A DNA stretch of 44,405 bases from an archaeon. Lineage in GTDB: Archaea; Iainarchaeota; Iainarchaeia; Iainarchaeales; JAAZKV01. Where the stretch lies: assembly GCA_036170245.1 (NCBI GenBank), contig JAVHOV010000016.1, forward strand, positions 1 to 44,405, read 5' to 3'. The notes under the pieces are model-generated. The model had not been told where the DNA came from, made no database searches, and saw nothing but the letters and a program-made list of their open reading frames with translations. The position numbers and the translations under genes are program-made. Positions 27,784-37,475 of this stretch are shown piece after piece; position 1 is the first letter of the stretch; each line of letters opens with the position of its first letter.

Positions 27784-28461
27784 TTACAATTTGAATGTCT
27801 GCCCCATTTCAAGAAGAACAGGTTTTGTCTTAAGCACACTCTTCTCAATTCTTCTCTTAAAATCAACTATATCAATCTTCTTTTCTTCGAAAACATCATA
27901 CTGCATAGGAATAACAAAATCAGGCTTCATTAATTTAGTTGCTCTAACTGCATCAACAACATCCATTGTTTTTGAACTGATTGGAAGAAGCGCAACATTA
28001 GTTTTTATCTGATTAAAATCATCCAAAAGTGCTGTCACTCCAGCATGATAAATCTTTTTACCGTTAACTTCAATCAAATATGCCAAAGGATAGAAACTCT
28101 TTGGAAAGTGAGCAGTTTTTGATTTAATTTTAACTCCTCTTAAATTAACTTCAGAGTTTGATAAAATATTTGCTTTCTGATTTCTTGGCAAATTCAATTT
28201 CTGCAAAACTACTTCATGTCCTACAACAATAGAATTATTTTTCTTTGCAATTTCTTCAACAGCAGTTGCATCAAAATGCTCAGCAGTTTCATTAGTAATC
28301 AAAATAAGAGAAACATTTTTGAAATCAGAAATTTTTGCTTTGAATTTAGCTTTCTTTTTCAACTCGGTTTTAGTTGATTCAAAAATAGGGTCAATTAATA
28401 TGCTTGAAGAACCGTCCAAGACTTTGAAAAAAGAATGACCTAAATATTGGACTTCAACCAT
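27784..28461 (-). CDS. Metallo-beta-lactamase-fold protein (UPF0173-like), degenerate active site
   Basis: YLGHSFF, ILIDP, IYHAG.T, ALLPI, VIPM.Y. Confidence 0.75.
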   Translation of the reverse strand: MVEVQYLGHSFFKVLDGSSSILIDPIFESTKTELKKKAKFKAKISDFKNVSLILITNETAEHFDATAVEEIAKKNNSIVVGHEVVLQKLNLPRNQKANILSNSEVNLRGVKIKSKTAHFPKSFYPLAYLIEVNGKKIYHAGVTALLDDFNQIKTNVALLPISSKTMDVVDAVRATKLMKPDFVIPMQYDVFEEKKIDIVDFKRRIEKSVLKTKPVLLEMGQTFKL

Positions 28462-28569
28462 ACATAGATTGAATATGAATAGGGTTTAAATACGTAACCT
28501 AAAAATTAACTTACCCCTTTTTTGGACCAAAAACGAAGAATTAAAAAAAGAAATAACCATAATAAAAAC

Positions 28570-29349
28570 ATGAACTCAACAAAAATAGCTGTTTTTGCAC
28601 TATTAATTTTGCTTCTAGCAGGCTTTGTTAATGCAATAGATTACACTGTTACTGAACACACTTTAAACATTCAGATAACTAGCAAAGGAAATGACAAAAT
28701 TGAAGAAATATTTTATCTTACTTTTCCTAGCGAAACTGAAAAAATAGCTTTCAGAGATAGGAGCTTACAACTTGGAACCAGCCTTGATAACTGGAAAGAA
28801 TTTAACAAAACTTTCACACAAAGCATTGTTGAAAATACTTTAAACAAAAAAATTTCTTACAACGAAGGAGAACAAAATTATTTATTATTGAGTTATGATT
28901 TGTCAGAAACATTCATGGCTAAAGGAAAAGAAACAAGCATGTTAACCGAGTATGTCATAAAAGTAAATTATTTTAATTCATTTTACCAAGCAGGTTTATG
29001 GATAATTCCTGACAACACTAAAATAACTATTGAGCTTCCCCCAGGAGCAGAAGTAAGAGATACTATTGAACCAGAAGCAATTGTAACAAAACAAGGAACA
29101 AGAACAATGATAAGTTGGCAGGGATATAAAAGTGCAAACAAATTAGCACTAAGCTATGTGTTATGGAAAAAGATGGATCCTCTAATTGATTTAAGCACAT
29201 TTAATGTATTTTTATTCAAAACACAAACAGGGCAAATTATTTTAATTGCAATGATTCTGTTGATAGCTATTTTGTTCTGGCAAAGAAAAAGAATTGCTGA
29301 GAGTATTGAAAATTTTGTTGAAAACAATTCTTTGATAAAAGAAGAATAA
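28570..29349 (+). CDS. Hypothetical secreted/membrane-anchored protein
   Basis: Signal peptide and C-terminal TM. Confidence 0.65.
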   Translation: MNSTKIAVFALLILLLAGFVNAIDYTVTEHTLNIQITSKGNDKIEEIFYLTFPSETEKIAFRDRSLQLGTSLDNWKEFNKTFTQSIVENTLNKKISYNEGEQNYLLLSYDLSETFMAKGKETSMLTEYVIKVNYFNSFYQAGLWIIPDNTKITIELPPGAEVRDTIEPEAIVTKQGTRTMISWQGYKSANKLALSYVLWKKMDPLIDLSTFNVFLFKTQTGQIILIAMILLIAILFWQRKRIAESIENFVENNSLIKEE

Positions 29350-29384
29350 AAACAAAATTCGAATTTAGGAAATTAATAATTATT

Positions 29385-30689
29385 TTATCCAAATAGAGTT
29401 GCCTGTTTTCCATGCAACTTTTCTAACACAACTACCTTTTCATAGGCCTTAGCATCCTTTATGATATCAGTTACAATTTTGTCCTTTTCCTTTGCACCTA
29501 ATAAAAATGCGATTTCTTTCTCTTCAAACCCAAATGAATAAGAAAAAGGAACTGAATACTTTTCTTGATTAAACAACAATGAAAAATAATAGAAGTCCTG
29601 CAAAACTTGATTTCTTGAACAATGCAATTTTTCGCCAACTTTTGATGCAATACCTTTTCTTGCTTCCCTGACTTGCGAAGATTTTGACAAAGAAGAAAGT
29701 AATGAAGGAAAGGCCATTGGTTGGAAAAAGTTATACTCTTTTCTCCTTGAAAGTCCTACCCCACAAGTCGAAAGAAAAATTGCATATTTTAAAAATCCCC
29801 AATGCTGGCGATTCATTATTCTTCCATTAAAAATATCAGCTTTTGAAAAAACTTCAAAAGCATTAGCTGCATCAACAACATCAAATTGGCGAGGAATATT
29901 TTCTTCAACCCACAAAAACAATAAATCTAAAGAAACATCCACTGAATCAACGGCCTCCTTGATTTCCGAAATATTTTTTCCTTTAAATATTTTTGCCATA
30001 ACAGGAAATATTTTTTCCTTTCTTTCTCTGAATGAAAGAGATTTAACGTTCTCCATTGTAATTTTCGGAGAAAGGGATTGTGCATCAAGCAAAGCACTTC
30101 TAAAATCCCCCCCACAATTTCTCGCAAGCTCTTTTATTGCTTCCTCATCAAATTCGATTTTTTCTAAAACACAAATTTCTCTTAATCTTTTTGCAATACT
30201 TAAATAATTTATTTTTTTGAATTCCAAAATCTCACAATTTGTTTTAATACTAACAAGCTTCTTATCATATGCATCATTGGCAGTCAAAATTACAGGATTA
30301 TTTGCTTCTTTTAATATTGAAATAATTGCGCTACCCCCGCCACGATCTTGGGATTGCATAGCATCAATTTCATCAAGCAAAATTAATCTTTTTGAACCAA
30401 ACAAAGTTGCATTCGCAGTTGCTGCACCTGCAATTTTTTCTATTGATTCTTTATCCCTTAAATCTGAAGCATTCATTTCAAATAACTGCCAATTAAACTG
30501 CTTTGCAATTAAAAGCGCAAGAGCGGTTTTTCCATTTCCCGGAGTTCCAAAAAGAAGAAGAGGTTTTTGATTCACCCCGCCTCTCCAAGATTCAGCCCAA
30601 GCAATTACCCTATCAACTATTTCTACATTCCCAATAAAATCGGTAAATTCTTTGGGGACATACTTGTCAGTAAAAAGAGTTGAATCCAT
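29385..30689 (-). CDS. rfcL: Replication factor C large subunit
   Basis: GTPGNGKT, EMNASD.R, LLDEID, GDFRSA, W.EENIP, C-terminal PIP QATLFG. Confidence 0.92.
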   Translation of the reverse strand: MDSTLFTDKYVPKEFTDFIGNVEIVDRVIAWAESWRGGVNQKPLLLFGTPGNGKTALALLIAKQFNWQLFEMNASDLRDKESIEKIAGAATANATLFGSKRLILLDEIDAMQSQDRGGGSAIISILKEANNPVILTANDAYDKKLVSIKTNCEILEFKKINYLSIAKRLREICVLEKIEFDEEAIKELARNCGGDFRSALLDAQSLSPKITMENVKSLSFRERKEKIFPVMAKIFKGKNISEIKEAVDSVDVSLDLLFLWVEENIPRQFDVVDAANAFEVFSKADIFNGRIMNRQHWGFLKYAIFLSTCGVGLSRRKEYNFFQPMAFPSLLSSLSKSSQVREARKGIASKVGEKLHCSRNQVLQDFYYFSLLFNQEKYSVPFSYSFGFEEKEIAFLLGAKEKDKIVTDIIKDAKAYEKVVVLEKLHGKQATLFG

Positions 30690-30735
30690 AAAGAAATAAT
30701 AGTTGCAAAAGATTATAAAAAAGAACTAAATGAAT

Positions 30736-31176
30736 TTAATTCCCTTTTCTCTTTAATTCTTTTCTAATTAACTCAGCCTGAAGAGTCTCAACCGGCTTTG
30801 AACGTTTAACTCCTTTGCCTGAAGGAGGATCAATATAATCAACTATAACTGAAGAACCATCTTCTTTAGTATAAACTCTAGGAAGCATTCCTTTCTTTAT
30901 TGCATATTTAATTGCTTTTACTTGAGCTTCTGATTGAACTTCTTTCTTTTTTTCTTTCTCTTCAACCAATCTATTCAATCTTCTTTGATAACCTTCTCTT
31001 TGAATTTCTTCTTGACGTGCTTTCTGTGCTTTTTGAGCATTTTGCTTTTTTATTAAATCAGCTCCGCCAAAAGCAGCGGCCCAAGCCAATGTAGCAATAC
31101 CAATACCTTTTCCAAAAGCCCCTAAAGACTTTTTTCTCATTAGATTATTTCTTTTTAAACTTCTAGGCTTAGGCAT
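30736..31176 (-). CDS. Hypothetical basic protein with one hydrophobic segment
   Basis: Start MPKPRS at 31176 avoids overlap with the opposite GTPase gene. Confidence 0.55.
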   Translation of the reverse strand: MPKPRSLKRNNLMRKKSLGAFGKGIGIATLAWAAAFGGADLIKKQNAQKAQKARQEEIQREGYQRRLNRLVEEKEKKKEVQSEAQVKAIKYAIKKGMLPRVYTKEDGSSVIVDYIDPPSGKGVKRSKPVETLQAELIRKELKRKGN

Positions 31177-31219
31177 AACTATTATAAGGTATATTTGGGA
31201 ATAAATTACTTGTGGTTGA

Positions 31220-32428
31220 ATGCAAATTGGAATAGTCGGAAAACCTTCAAGCGGAAAAAGCACTTTCTTTAGTGCCGCAACGCTAGTCGATGTAGCAATT
31301 GCTTCATACTCATTTACTACAATTGAACCAAACAAAGGAATTGGATTTGTAAGAGTAGAAGATGCAGGAAAATTCTTTGGGGTAGTTAGTACGCCCAGAC
31401 ACGGATTTTTGGTTAATGAAAATAATAACCCTGTTAGATATGTTCCAGTTGAATTAATTGATGTTGCTGGACTAGTTCCTGGAGCAAATGAAGGAAAGGG
31501 ACTTGGAAACAAATTCTTGAATGATTTATCACAAGCAGATGCACTAATACATATAGTGGATGCAAGTGGATCGACTGATGCTGAAGGAAAAGAAGTAAAT
31601 GAAGGAAGCCATGATCCAATTGAAGATGTAAAATTCTTGGAAGAAGAAATCGAACTATGGTTTTTAAAAATAATTGAAAATAATTGGGTAAAAATACAAA
31701 AAAGTCCTGAGAAAGATTACAAGAAAAAAATGGGTTTAATTTCACAGGCCCTAGCAGGAGTAAAAATCTTATCTTACCACGTAGAAAAAGCTGTTCGCGC
31801 ACTAAAGCTTGAGGAAAAACTATTATCAGAATGGACTAGTGAAGAAAAAAGAGAATTTGCAAAAAAATGCAGAGAATATTCAAAACCAATAATTATTGCT
31901 GCAAATAAATGTGATTTACCTAGTGGAGAAAAAAATGTTAAAAGAATGAAAGAGACTTTTCCTAATATTTTTATTATCCCCTGCTCTGCTGCAAGTGAAC
32001 TGTCCTTGCGAAAAGCTGCAAAGCAAAACATTTTGAAATATTATCCAGGGTGGGACCACTTTGAAATACTTGCTGATTTAAATGAAAAACAAAAAGCAGG
32101 GCTTAATACAATACAAAAAAATGTTCTTGAAAAATTCCACGGAACTGGAGTACAGGACTGCCTTGACACTGTAATATTCGAAGTACTAGGATACTTCCCG
32201 GTGTTTCCTGCAGGAGTAAAAAGTTTGGTCGATAAGGAAGGAAGAACACTTGCGGATTGTTTCTTGATGCCTCCCGAATCAAAGGCAATTGATTTTGCTT
32301 ATACACTCCACACTGATATGGGAGATGGATTCATTAGAGCAATTGATGTAAAAACAAAGCAAATCATTGGAAGAGATCACTTACTCAAGTATGGGGACGC
32401 GATTGAACTAATTTTCAAAAAACCCTAA
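31220..32428 (+). CDS. ychF: YchF/Obg-family NTPase with TGS domain
   Basis: GKPSSGKST, FTTIEPN, DVAGLVPGA..GKGLGNKFL, NKCD, HTD. Confidence 0.9.
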   Translation: MQIGIVGKPSSGKSTFFSAATLVDVAIASYSFTTIEPNKGIGFVRVEDAGKFFGVVSTPRHGFLVNENNNPVRYVPVELIDVAGLVPGANEGKGLGNKFLNDLSQADALIHIVDASGSTDAEGKEVNEGSHDPIEDVKFLEEEIELWFLKIIENNWVKIQKSPEKDYKKKMGLISQALAGVKILSYHVEKAVRALKLEEKLLSEWTSEEKREFAKKCREYSKPIIIAANKCDLPSGEKNVKRMKETFPNIFIIPCSAASELSLRKAAKQNILKYYPGWDHFEILADLNEKQKAGLNTIQKNVLEKFHGTGVQDCLDTVIFEVLGYFPVFPAGVKSLVDKEGRTLADCFLMPPESKAIDFAYTLHTDMGDGFIRAIDVKTKQIIGRDHLLKYGDAIELIFKKP

Positions 32429-32493
32429 AAAAAGCGAGTAACAATTTTAAAAAATAATTAAAATAAAAAAATAGAAATAAAGAAGAGAATTAA

Positions 32494-32811
32494 TTAATCC
32501 TCTTCAACTATTTGTGTAATTGTTTTTTCCTGAGGAACTGTTGTTGAAATAACTTCTTTTGTTGTTGTGACAGAAGTGGTTGAAGAAGAGTTACTTACTG
32601 AGGGAACTTCTTTTTTTGTAATTTCTTTTTCTTCCTTGATTAATTTTTCAGTTGCTTTTTTTATTGCTGCATCTTTACCCTTCAATTGCTTAAGAGTGTA
32701 AAAATAAGAATTAATCATTTGATCCAAATCCAAAGTTCTCTTAAAACCTAATCTTGCGATTTCTTCAAAATACAATCTTACTATTCTAAAAGCTACTTCC
32801 TCATCATTCAT
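32494..32811 (-). CDS. Hypothetical protein, paralogous to C-terminus of 33390-34313
   Basis: EEVAFRIVRLYFEEIARLGFKRTLDLDQMINSYFYTL. Confidence 0.75.
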   Translation of the reverse strand: MNDEEVAFRIVRLYFEEIARLGFKRTLDLDQMINSYFYTLKQLKGKDAAIKKATEKLIKEEKEITKKEVPSVSNSSSTTSVTTTKEVISTTVPQEKTITQIVEED

Positions 32812-32838
32812 AACTAATTCCCCCTCTAATAAAAATAA

Positions 32839-33378
32839 TTACCTTCGCATCCCTCTTCCAGAAGAAGTTCCTTTAGGAAACTTCATTCTTGAACTAAGTC
32901 CGCCTCTGGATGGAATTACTCCTACACCCCTACGGGGTTTATTTAGGGCAGATTTCTTTTTTCCTGCAGAAAAAACTCGTTTAATATTTTTAGTAACAGT
33001 TGAAACTCTTGGAGAATCAAAAAACACGTTCCCTAAAATTCCTGCAATAGCCCCCCCTTTTCTAACTTGAGCAACAGGAAACCTTTTTCTTGCATTAACT
33101 GTAGAAGAGAGATTTGCATGAGCTCTGCTTTGTTCTCCTTTTTCAAACACCAAATTATGCTCAAGGTGTTCCAAACGTCTTTGCTTGGATGCAACAACAT
33201 TCAACGGAATAGGTTTTGTTTCGCCAGTAGCAGCGCGTTTCAAATCAGTACTATACTGGTGTTCAACTCTTTTGTGCAAAGCTCTTGCTGCATCAATCCT
33301 CTCATTTGCTCGGTGCACATTCATTGAAGCAGAATTTACTTTTCCCCGAAACTTTAATCTTTTTGACTGCATACTCAT
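32839..33378 (-). CDS. Very basic hypothetical protein
   Basis: 179 aa, RBS GGTGA, Arg/Lys-rich. Confidence 0.6.
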   Translation of the reverse strand: MSMQSKRLKFRGKVNSASMNVHRANERIDAARALHKRVEHQYSTDLKRAATGETKPIPLNVVASKQRRLEHLEHNLVFEKGEQSRAHANLSSTVNARKRFPVAQVRKGGAIAGILGNVFFDSPRVSTVTKNIKRVFSAGKKKSALNKPRRGVGVIPSRGGLSSRMKFPKGTSSGRGMRR

Positions 33379-33389
33379 TCACCAAATAT

Positions 33390-34313
33390 TTATTTCTTCA
33401 TCCCTGATTCTCTTACAGCTTCTTCCACTTCGTCCATTTCCACATTTTTTCTTTTTACTCTTGCTAGTGCATAAAAGTATGCATTAATTATTTCATCAAG
33501 AGTCAACTGCCTCTTAAATCCCTGTCTTGCAATTTCAATGAAATAGGTCTGAATCATTTTGAATGCAATTTCTTCAGCATCAGGAGCAAAAGCTTCTTTT
33601 AAATCACTCTTACTTATAGAATGACTTGAAACACTTGATTCAAATGCTCTTGTGAGTTCTGAAACATTCATCTGCGGAGCAGAACGAACAATTCTTGTAA
33701 CTGTTCTCTTTGATGGCTTTGCCTTAATTGTTCTAGTCCTATACTTAATCTTTGGCTTAGATTGAATTTTCTTAACAATAGTTTTAGTTCTAGTTCTGTA
33801 TTTTATTTTTGGTTTTGAAGCAACTTTTTGAACAACAGTTCGAGTTCTGTACTTTATCTTTGGTTTTGATTTAATATTGTGAACAATAGTTTTAGTAACA
33901 GTTCTTGTGCTGCCTTTTTTTCCAAGCTTTCCAGCTTTTGCTAATTTCCAAAGTTTTACTGACTGATCCCAAGTTCTTCCTAAACGCATTTGAGATCCAA
34001 TGAACTGGTTATATGCAGAAGGTCTTCTCTTATCTTTTTCAATAAGTGATTTATACTTGCTCCACTGCTTTGCAGCTTTAATAAAAGTCATTCCTGCTTT
34101 AATCTGTTTTCTTATAAAAATATTATATTCAGAAACGTGCCCTCTTGCAACTTTTTTCTTTTTTAATTTCTCAATTTCGGCTTTAAGCATTTCTATATCA
34201 GCATCATGCTTTGCATTTTTTTTGCTTTGAACTTTCTTTTCAAGCTTCATTTCCTTCTTTACAGCCTTCTTAACCACTTTAATTTTTTTATCAACAGTTT
34301 TAGCTTCAACCAA
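33390..34313 (-). CDS. Very basic protein with HMG/YABBY-like repeats and SKPKIKYRTRT repeats
   Basis: SEYNIFI...AAKQW and SAYNQFI...SVKLW; 3x SKPKIKYRTRT. Confidence 0.7.
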   Translation of the reverse strand: MVEAKTVDKKIKVVKKAVKKEMKLEKKVQSKKNAKHDADIEMLKAEIEKLKKKKVARGHVSEYNIFIRKQIKAGMTFIKAAKQWSKYKSLIEKDKRRPSAYNQFIGSQMRLGRTWDQSVKLWKLAKAGKLGKKGSTRTVTKTIVHNIKSKPKIKYRTRTVVQKVASKPKIKYRTRTKTIVKKIQSKPKIKYRTRTIKAKPSKRTVTRIVRSAPQMNVSELTRAFESSVSSHSISKSDLKEAFAPDAEEIAFKMIQTYFIEIARQGFKRQLTLDEIINAYFYALARVKRKNVEMDEVEEAVRESGMKK

Positions 34314-34410
34314 AATTAATCACCGCATGCACTAATATATAATTAACTAATGCACTATAAAAAGTTTTTCTTTGAGAGGGAAAATGAATTATTTCAACTA
34401 TTTTTTAAAA

Positions 34411-34773
34411 TTAGTCAGATAACCGGTTTTTACAATTATTTAACAAAGGCTGATTAAGTTTATCTGCAAGCAATCGACAACCTTCTACAGTGGGGATTTC
34501 AAAATTACCAGTCGCCTCATTTACTCCAGCTTTGGTTTCATCACACAAATAACAACCGCAAACAAAATCATTATTATTATCATTATTTTCAGAACAAATA
34601 AAATCAAAAGTGTCTTTGTCACCCTCGCCCATTAAAAGTGGTAAAACCCCACTGACAAAAGATATTACTATCGCAACAATCACAATAGAGGCAGTTATTA
34701 ATAACAAATATTCCAAAGCATCTTGACCAGTAGATTCCAGGGTATGCATAATTAGATATACCAACATTGGCAT
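34411..34773 (-). CDS. Class III signal peptide (pilin-like) Cys-rich protein
   Basis: TGQDALEYLLLI followed by hydrophobic helix. Confidence 0.65.
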   Translation of the reverse strand: MPMLVYLIMHTLESTGQDALEYLLLITASIVIVAIVISFVSGVLPLLMGEGDKDTFDFICSENNDNNNDFVCGCYLCDETKAGVNEATGNFEIPTVEGCRLLADKLNQPLLNNCKNRLSD

Positions 34774-34780
34774 ATTTAAA

Positions 34781-35851
34781 TTAATTTATTTTCTTCAATA
34801 ATCTGGTTGAAACATTTCCATGTTTTATTTGTTCACAAGAAATCAATTTTTTCTGTTCAAGAGTAGAAATTGCTAACCTTAAAGTTCTTTCAGAGTAATC
34901 CCCGCCAAGTTTTTCATACACTTCACCTGATTCAGCCTGCTTCTTTGATTGTAAAAAATCAAGAATGTCTTTTTCCTGGTCATTCAAGTTTGAAGTAACT
35001 TCAACTTTAACAGGTTTTTCCTGCATAAAACAAGCTCTGACATGTTCCGCAAGAACTCTCTTTGAATTCTTTCTTTCAGCAAGTCTTCCTGCTTTAAGTA
35101 AAACGCTTAATGCAACTCTTGAGTCCCCTCCGAATTTGAAGGCGTGAGCCGCGCACAATGCAACTACATCCTTGTCCAATGCATAATCAAAAAAAGCAAA
35201 TTTTGTTCTTGAAAGAAGAATCTCTTTCAACTCTGGAACAGAATAATTCTCAAAAGGAATTGTAGAACACTGTAGTGAACTTCTTACCCTATCATCAATT
35301 TGGGAAAGGAAAAAAGAATCATTTGAAATGAAAACTAACCCTATTAACACTTTTTGCTGCTCAGGCAAACGAGACAAATCATAAAGCAAATTCTTTGTAG
35401 AATCATCCTTCAATAACTGCTCCGCTTCATCAAAAATAATTATAGGAATTATTTTAGTTGTTTTTAAAATAGAAATTATTCTTGAGAAAACCTCTTCAGA
35501 ACTAACCCCTCTTTCTGGAACCGCAGCTCCTAAAGAATTTGCAAGCTTAAACAAAATTGACTGCCTGGAAGAATTTTCAAAACAATTAACATAAATTCCT
35601 TTTGCCCTATCAGAATACTCTTCAAGCTCATTTAATACATACTTTAGAGTAACTGTTTTTCCTGTACCCGGTTTACCGTGTACAAAAACATTAGTTGGTT
35701 TTCTCCCGATTGAAGCGGGCTTTAGACAAAAAACAAGCTCAGAAACAGCTTCATCTCTGAAAGGAAGTTTCTCAGGAACATAATCAGGATAAAGCACACG
35801 CTCATCCTTGAAAAGAGTAATATCCTTACTTGATTCAAAAACATTTGCCAT
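34781..35851 (-). CDS. cdc6: Cdc6/Orc1 family replication initiator
   Basis: YVPEKLPFR, GKPGTGKT, YVNC, FDEAE, RVRSSL, GDSRVAL, short wHTH. Confidence 0.9.
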   Translation of the reverse strand: MANVFESSKDITLFKDERVLYPDYVPEKLPFRDEAVSELVFCLKPASIGRKPTNVFVHGKPGTGKTVTLKYVLNELEEYSDRAKGIYVNCFENSSRQSILFKLANSLGAAVPERGVSSEEVFSRIISILKTTKIIPIIIFDEAEQLLKDDSTKNLLYDLSRLPEQQKVLIGLVFISNDSFFLSQIDDRVRSSLQCSTIPFENYSVPELKEILLSRTKFAFFDYALDKDVVALCAAHAFKFGGDSRVALSVLLKAGRLAERKNSKRVLAEHVRACFMQEKPVKVEVTSNLNDQEKDILDFLQSKKQAESGEVYEKLGGDYSERTLRLAISTLEQKKLISCEQIKHGNVSTRLLKKIN

Positions 35852-35961
35852 TTTAATATCAACTACAATAGAAAGAGAACCTCAAACAAATTAATAAGGC
35901 TTGCTTAGAATGACTTAAGAATTTCTTTAAACTAAGAAGTATTAAAAATGAAAAGGACTTT

Positions 35962-36594
35962 ATGATTAATAAGTTGAATCAAATGATAACCGAACTGCTT
36001 CTTGGAACAATATTACAACTAATTTCTTCTAGCGGATACGAAGGAATATTTTTATTAATGCTTGCGGAAAGCACACTTTTACCAATACCCTCTGAAGCAG
36101 TGCTTCCTTTTGCGGGATACTTGGTTGCACAGGGACAGATGAATCTAATTACCCTTATAATTATTGCAACTCTTGGAACAATAATAGGTTCACTTATTTC
36201 TTATTATATTGGAAAATATTTAGGAAAAGAAATACTTTTAAGATATGGAAAATACTTTTTGATAAGAAAAAAAGAACTTGACATTGCACACAACTGGATT
36301 GAAAAGCACGGAGCAAAAACAATTTTTATCTGCAGATTTATTCCAATTATAAGGCACATAATTTCGCTCCCTGCAGGAGCCACTGAAATGAAGCGAAGGA
36401 AATTTATTACATACACTGCAATGGGCGGACTTATATGGAACACTTTCTTAGTTTTTGTAGGAATAACTTTAGAAAAAAATTGGAGCACAATACTAAACTA
36501 CACTCAAATAATTGATGTGCTAATACTAATTGGAATAATAATTACAACAATTTTTATCATATTCAAAATGATTAAGAAAAATAAAAAGAAGTGA
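35962..36594 (+). CDS. DedA family membrane protein
   Basis: AES..LPIPSE.VLPFAG, RFIP.IRH.ISLPAG. Confidence 0.92.
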   Translation: MINKLNQMITELLLGTILQLISSSGYEGIFLLMLAESTLLPIPSEAVLPFAGYLVAQGQMNLITLIIIATLGTIIGSLISYYIGKYLGKEILLRYGKYFLIRKKELDIAHNWIEKHGAKTIFICRFIPIIRHIISLPAGATEMKRRKFITYTAMGGLIWNTFLVFVGITLEKNWSTILNYTQIIDVLILIGIIITTIFIIFKMIKKNKKK

Positions 36595-36598
36595 ATGT

Positions 36599-37438
36599 AT
36601 GCAGGAAAAAATAATTATTTCAAATCCTAAAAAGTTTGAAAAGAAAAAAGAAATTCTAATAAATTCAGGAGCAAAAGAGCTTCATGTTGTAACTGATTTT
36701 GATAAAACCCTCTCAAAGGCATTTGACAGAAACAAACGAATACACACAATAATTGCACAAATCAGGGAAGGCAAATACCTTTCTGATGATTATACAAGAA
36801 AATCCTACGAACTGCACGCAAAATATTACCCTATAGAACTGAGCATTACAATCCCACTTGAAGAAAAAAAGAGCAAAATGGTGGAATGGTGGAGCACACA
36901 CATAAACTTTATCGCAGCAAACGGGATGAACAGAAAAATAGTAAATGATATTGCTGAAAAAAAAATTATTCTTAGAAATGGAACTTTGGAATTTCTCCAA
37001 ACCCTGAAAAATAAAAAGATCCCCCTACTTATTTTATCTGCGGCTCTAGGAGACGTAATTGACAAATTATTTAAAATAAACAAAGTAAATTACAAAGGAA
37101 TCTGCATCATTTCAAACTTTTTTAATTTTGATAAAAAAGGAAACGTTTTAGGGTATAAGGGAAAAATAGTCCACTCACTGAATAAAAATGAATTTGAGAT
37201 AAAAAACACTCTCTTTTACAAGAAAATCAAGAACAGAAAAAACATTATTCTTTTAGGCGATTCTTTGGACGATTTACAAATGGTTGAAGGAACAAAATAT
37301 AATGAAGTAATAAAAATTGGATTTTTGAATGAAAATGTTAAAGAGAACTTAGACAAATACAAAAAAGCATTTGATGTAGTAATACTAAATGACGGAACAA
37401 TGGGTTTTGCAAATAAGCTACTTGCAAAAATCAAATAA
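36599..37438 (+). CDS. HAD hydrolase, pyrimidine 5'-nucleotidase (cN-III/UMPH-1)-like
   Basis: TDFDKTLS, EEK...MVEWW, IISNF, VHSLNKN, LLGDS..D..M, KIGFLN. Confidence 0.85.
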   Translation: MQEKIIISNPKKFEKKKEILINSGAKELHVVTDFDKTLSKAFDRNKRIHTIIAQIREGKYLSDDYTRKSYELHAKYYPIELSITIPLEEKKSKMVEWWSTHINFIAANGMNRKIVNDIAEKKIILRNGTLEFLQTLKNKKIPLLILSAALGDVIDKLFKINKVNYKGICIISNFFNFDKKGNVLGYKGKIVHSLNKNEFEIKNTLFYKKIKNRKNIILLGDSLDDLQMVEGTKYNEVIKIGFLNENVKENLDKYKKAFDVVILNDGTMGFANKLLAKIK

Positions 37439-37475
37439 AAAAATTAAACAAGATTCAAAATAACTACTAACCTAT

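Noticed and set aside
31177..31512. N-terminal extension of ORF 30736-31512 and the many short antisense ORFs in the track
   Set aside because: Antisense shadows of well-supported genes
34560..34600. Asn-rich stretch (NNDNNND) as a second TR or VR
   Set aside because: No similarity to the TR flanks or IMH
35852..35961. Replication origin next to cdc6
   Set aside because: Short intergenic region with no recognisable ORB repeats or G-string
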